Positions 63,711 through 64,000 of a stretch of DNA of 64,000 nt are shown here, piece after piece (the stretch's first letter is position 1; the number at the start of each line of letters is the position of its first letter). Under the pieces are notes generated by a model that saw only the letters and a list, made by a program, of their open reading frames with translations, searched no databases and was not told the DNA's origin. A program made the position numbers and the translations under genes. The DNA is from Psilocybe cubensis (lineage: Eukaryota), in contig CM039000.1 in assembly GCA_017499595.2 (NCBI GenBank), positions 3,100,001 to 3,164,000 on the forward strand. Direction: 5' to 3'.

Positions 63711-64000
63711 ATGTATTCCGATCCCCACCTCGACGCCCCGCCCCCGCCCTCCCAGTTCCGCAGACCGTGGTCCCCCGACGTCTTTGATCCCAACCCCACT
63801 GCAGGCCCCTCGTCCAGCCGCTCTCCAGTCGATGCAGGCGGGTATGACTCTGCCTATCCCACTGAGCTGTATGCCATGCCTGCGCACCACCACCGGCAAT
63901 CCCACAGACTTGGAGGCTCCCCTGACCGCCGACAGCAGCAGCGACGAGAACCTTCTGATGTCTCCGTCGAAGCCCTAGATCTGGCAGACTATGCTCGCAC
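63711..64000 (+). CDS. Hypothetical protein, 5' end only (runs off the window)
   Basis: CACC-ATG context after a pyrimidine-rich leader. Open to the window edge: MYSDPHLDAPPPPSQFRRPWSPD...REPSDVSVEALDLADYAR. Confidence 0.6.
   Translation, partial: MYSDPHLDAPPPPSQFRRPWSPDVFDPNPTAGPSSSRSPVDAGGYDSAYPTELYAMPAHHHRQSHRLGGSPDRRQQQRREPSDVSVEALDLADYAR

Overview
Gene-dense, intron-rich eukaryotic DNA. The short 50-70 nt GT-AG introns, micro-exons and protein families point to a basidiomycete mushroom (Agaricomycetes, probably Agaricales); the species cannot be fixed from sequence alone. About 25 spliced protein genes can be read: NatB auxiliary subunit, NCE101, PAC3, MED16, a condensation-type acyltransferase ending in SKL, a WD40 protein, a Tim17-like membrane protein, dynactin p27, two F-box/LRR-like proteins, mRNA guanylyltransferase, SKP1, mitochondrial L27, DUF3074, a glutamine-synthetase-like ligase, NADH pyrophosphatase, guanine deaminase, a LIM protein, a DUF4436-like membrane protein, proteasome beta5, an amino-acid permease, a phosducin-like protein and several orphans. 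The standout object is an intact Ty3/Gypsy chromovirus (57177-62867). It has identical 142-bp LTRs, a CAAGC target-site duplication and a primer-binding site complementary to its own LTR (Tf1-type self-priming rather than tRNA). It also carries a G GGA AAA slippery site with an H-type pseudoknot for -1 gag-pol frameshifting, and an integrase tail with a cage-deficient chromodomain plus an LRSGR motif; it sits between two divergent genes. Gene boundaries were assembled by eye from the ORF track and splice signals. Family names are from recalled motifs, not database searches, and internal exon borders are approximate.
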